Below, piece by piece: positions 61,975 through 64,000 of a stretch of 64,000 nt of DNA; within the stretch, counting starts at the first letter, position 1; each line of letters begins with the position of its first letter. Both the position numbers and the translations under genes were made by a program. The stretch comes from an uncultured Desulfarculus sp. (GTDB taxonomy: Bacteria; Desulfobacterota; Desulfarculia; Desulfarculales; Desulfarculaceae), in assembly GCA_963665125.2 (NCBI GenBank), contig CAXXUK010000001.1:3296001-3360000 (forward strand). The letters are read 5' to 3'. A model generated the notes under the pieces. That model saw only the letters and a list, made by a program, of their open reading frames with translations, had not been told where the DNA came from and made no database searches.

Positions 61975-62357
61975 GGCGCAATTTCCCGCCACCGCTTTTG
62001 CGCTGCCTCTTCTATCAGTTGCAGCAGCAACTCCACGTCGCAGGGTTTGACCAGGAAATCAAAGGCCCCGCTGCGCATCCCTTCCGTAACGTCATCGCTG
62101 TTGCCGTGGCCGGTGAGCATGATCACCTCCACGTCGGGCGAGATCCGCTTTATCTCGGCCAATGTTTCCAGACCGTCCCGGCCGGGCATGCGTATATCGA
62201 GCACCACAACATCGGGGGCGACCGAATCCAGCACTTCCAGGGCATTGTCGCCGCTTTCGGCGGTTTTAACCGACAAACCCCGATGGTTCAGCCGTTTGGC
62301 CAGGGCCGTAATGAAATGTTGTTCATCATCAACCAGCAACACCTTTATCTGCTTCAT
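61971..62357 (-). CDS. Response regulator (receiver)
   Basis: VDDE, LDIRMPG, LTGHG, KP. Confidence 0.9.
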   Translation of the reverse strand: MKQIKVLLVDDEQHFITALAKRLNHRGLSVKTAESGDNALEVLDSVAPDVVVLDIRMPGRDGLETLAEIKRISPDVEVIMLTGHGNSDDVTEGMRSGAFDFLVKPCDVELLLQLIEEAAQKRWREIAP

Positions 62358-64000
62358 GGGTGCTCCTTGCCGATATTCACGGCGGGCAGGGTGATGGTGA
62401 AAGTTGTGCCTTGGCCGACAAGGCTTTCCACGCTGATATCGCCGCCTAGTTTGTGGATAATGCCGTAGCAAATGCTCAGGCCCAGGCCCGTGCCCTGGCC
62501 CACCGGCTTGGTGGTGTAAAAGGGATCAAAGATCCGGCTCAGGTTGGCCTCGGGAATGCCCGCGCCCGTATCGGACACCGCTATCAGGACCTGTTCGCCC
62601 ACGTGCTTGGTCGAAACGGTCACCTCTCCGCCGGAGGAGTTGATGGCATCCACCGCGTTGTTGATCAGATTGACCAAAACCTGCTGCAACTCGGAAGGCG
62701 AGGCTTTTATTTCGGGCAGTCCCGGTTGCAGCCGGGCCTGGATCTTCACATTGGCGTAGCGCGACTTTTGACCCAGCAGGCTGATGGCCTCCTGTACGAT
62801 TTCATTGGCGCTGATCTCCCGGGACACCGGGTCGGTCTTGCGGGCGAAGCTCAAGAGCTTGTGGGTGATGGACTTGCAGCGCGATCCCTGGGCCTTGATC
62901 TGATTAAGGGCCCTCAGGAATTCCGTCTGGTTGGCAGGCGAATCCAGATCGCCGTCTTCCATGAGGTCTTCGAGCCATCCGGCCTCTTCGACCATGATAG
63001 CCACCGGATTATTGATTTCGTGGGCGATGCCGGCGGCCAGCTCGCCTATGGACGCCAGACGTCCGGCCTCCAAGACCTTTTCATCCATTAGTTTTTGTTG
63101 GGCGTCGGACTTGGCTATGCGGTTGATCAGCCTGCTGGAGACTACGATGGACAACACCAGCACTGCCACCACCACGGCGGCCATCACGGTCAGGGCCATC
63201 ATTTCGGCCACCCGCACGGCGTGGAGGGCGTCAGAGTATTCCTGTTGATAAAACAGAATCCACTGGCCGTTTTTCAATGGCCCCACGGCCAGGATGTAGT
63301 CCCTGTCGTCCTGGCCCGTTTTTTCGGCCACCACCACGTTGCCCGCGGCCTTGACCTCTTTGATGAAGCCGGCATAGGGCTGGCGGCTGATATCCACAGG
63401 GAAACGGGGCCTGGTTTCCAATTCGCCGTCCCTGTTGGCGATAAAGGCGAATCCGGTCTCGCCCTGGCGCACGTTTTCCACCAGGGAGTTGAAGGCCTTG
63501 ATGTCCACGGTGGCCCGCAGGATCCAGCTTTGGCCGTGACGCCGCATCCTTACCGCCACGATGAAGTGGGGCGAACCGCGCAGGCCGGTAAAGACGTCGC
63601 TGATGTAGTGGGGATTCTTCAGGGCCTGCCGGAACCAGGCGGCGTTGGCGTAATCCGCTCCGGTAAGGTTGTAGGGCCCGGCGTAGGCCACCTGGATGCC
63701 GTCGTTGTCCACAAGGCCCAGGTCCACGAACTTGCCGGCGAATTCTTCACGGAGCAAATTCAGTTGGGTGCGTAAAAAACCTTCGTCTGCCAACACGGCT
63801 GGATCATGGGCACGGCTAAGGACACGGATATCGGCCAAACGGTCGGCCAAAAAGCTGTCGATGGCCTGGACATGCTTGAGCATCAGTTCATGGAGATGGG
63901 CGAAGACCTTTTCGCGGTAGGTGTCCCGGAAGTGGTTGAGCAGGACGCCATAGGACAATAGCAGAGGCACCAAGGTAACGGTGAATATGGCCAAAATAAT
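62354..64000 (-). CDS. Membrane sensor histidine kinase (Cache-like), 5'-partial
   Basis: Two TM segments; AHEINNP, NAVDA, DTGAG, GTGLGL. Confidence 0.92.
   Translation of the reverse strand: MILAIFTVTLVPLLLSYGVLLNHFRDTYREKVFAHLHELMLKHVQAIDSFLADRLADIRVLSRAHDPAVLADEGFLRTQLNLLREEFAGKFVDLGLVDNDGIQVAYAGPYNLTGADYANAAWFRQALKNPHYISDVFTGLRGSPHFIVAVRMRRHGQSWILRATVDIKAFNSLVENVRQGETGFAFIANRDGELETRPRFPVDISRQPYAGFIKEVKAAGNVVVAEKTGQDDRDYILAVGPLKNGQWILFYQQEYSDALHAVRVAEMMALTVMAAVVVAVLVLSIVVSSRLINRIAKSDAQQKLMDEKVLEAGRLASIGELAAGIAHEINNPVAIMVEEAGWLEDLMEDGDLDSPANQTEFLRALNQIKAQGSRCKSITHKLLSFARKTDPVSREISANEIVQEAISLLGQKSRYANVKIQARLQPGLPEIKASPSELQQVLVNLINNAVDAINSSGGEVTVSTKHVGEQVLIAVSDTGAGIPEANLSRIFDPFYTTKPVGQGTGLGLSICYGIIHKLGGDISVESLVGQGTTFTITLPAVNIGKEHP

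Noticed and set aside
57425..63920. Long plus-strand ORFs (e.g. 59148-60326, 60465-61553)
   Set aside because: Antisense shadows of well-supported GC-rich minus-strand genes.

Overview
About 46 kb of accessory DNA, then about 18 kb of ordinary GC-rich chromosome whose gene content suggests a deltaproteobacterium (inference). (1) 1-18.2 kb: part of an island anchored at tRNA-Phe. It carries a tyrosine integrase, an excisionase-like gene, a Rep-like gene, a ParB-methyltransferase fusion, a ~240-nt near-palindrome, a RelE/Phd toxin-antitoxin pair, a type II CBASS with a nuclease-SAVED effector, and a DUF4011 helicase-nuclease. (2) 19.5-40.9 kb: a ~21.4 kb element inserted in comM by a large serine recombinase. 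It carries a coupling-protein-like ATPase-nuclease, a candidate amyloid/CsgG-like secretion cluster, a nested second serine-recombinase module, and a second type II CBASS with a patatin effector. Best finding: joining the two element ends rebuilds a symmetric attP and fuses the recombinase in frame to an orphan double-HTH ORF at the far end. Excision would therefore change the integrase from 505 aa to 639 aa. (3) 41-46 kb: an intact inverted comM paralogue, a decayed comM 3' fragment, an IS3 and an IS5. (4) 46-64 kb: diguanylate cyclase, ABC-F with a uORF attenuator, radical SAM, two FlxA-like genes, DsbD-like, MltD-like, USP, two-component genes and a DASS transporter. All family calls come from motif recognition by eye; no searches were run.
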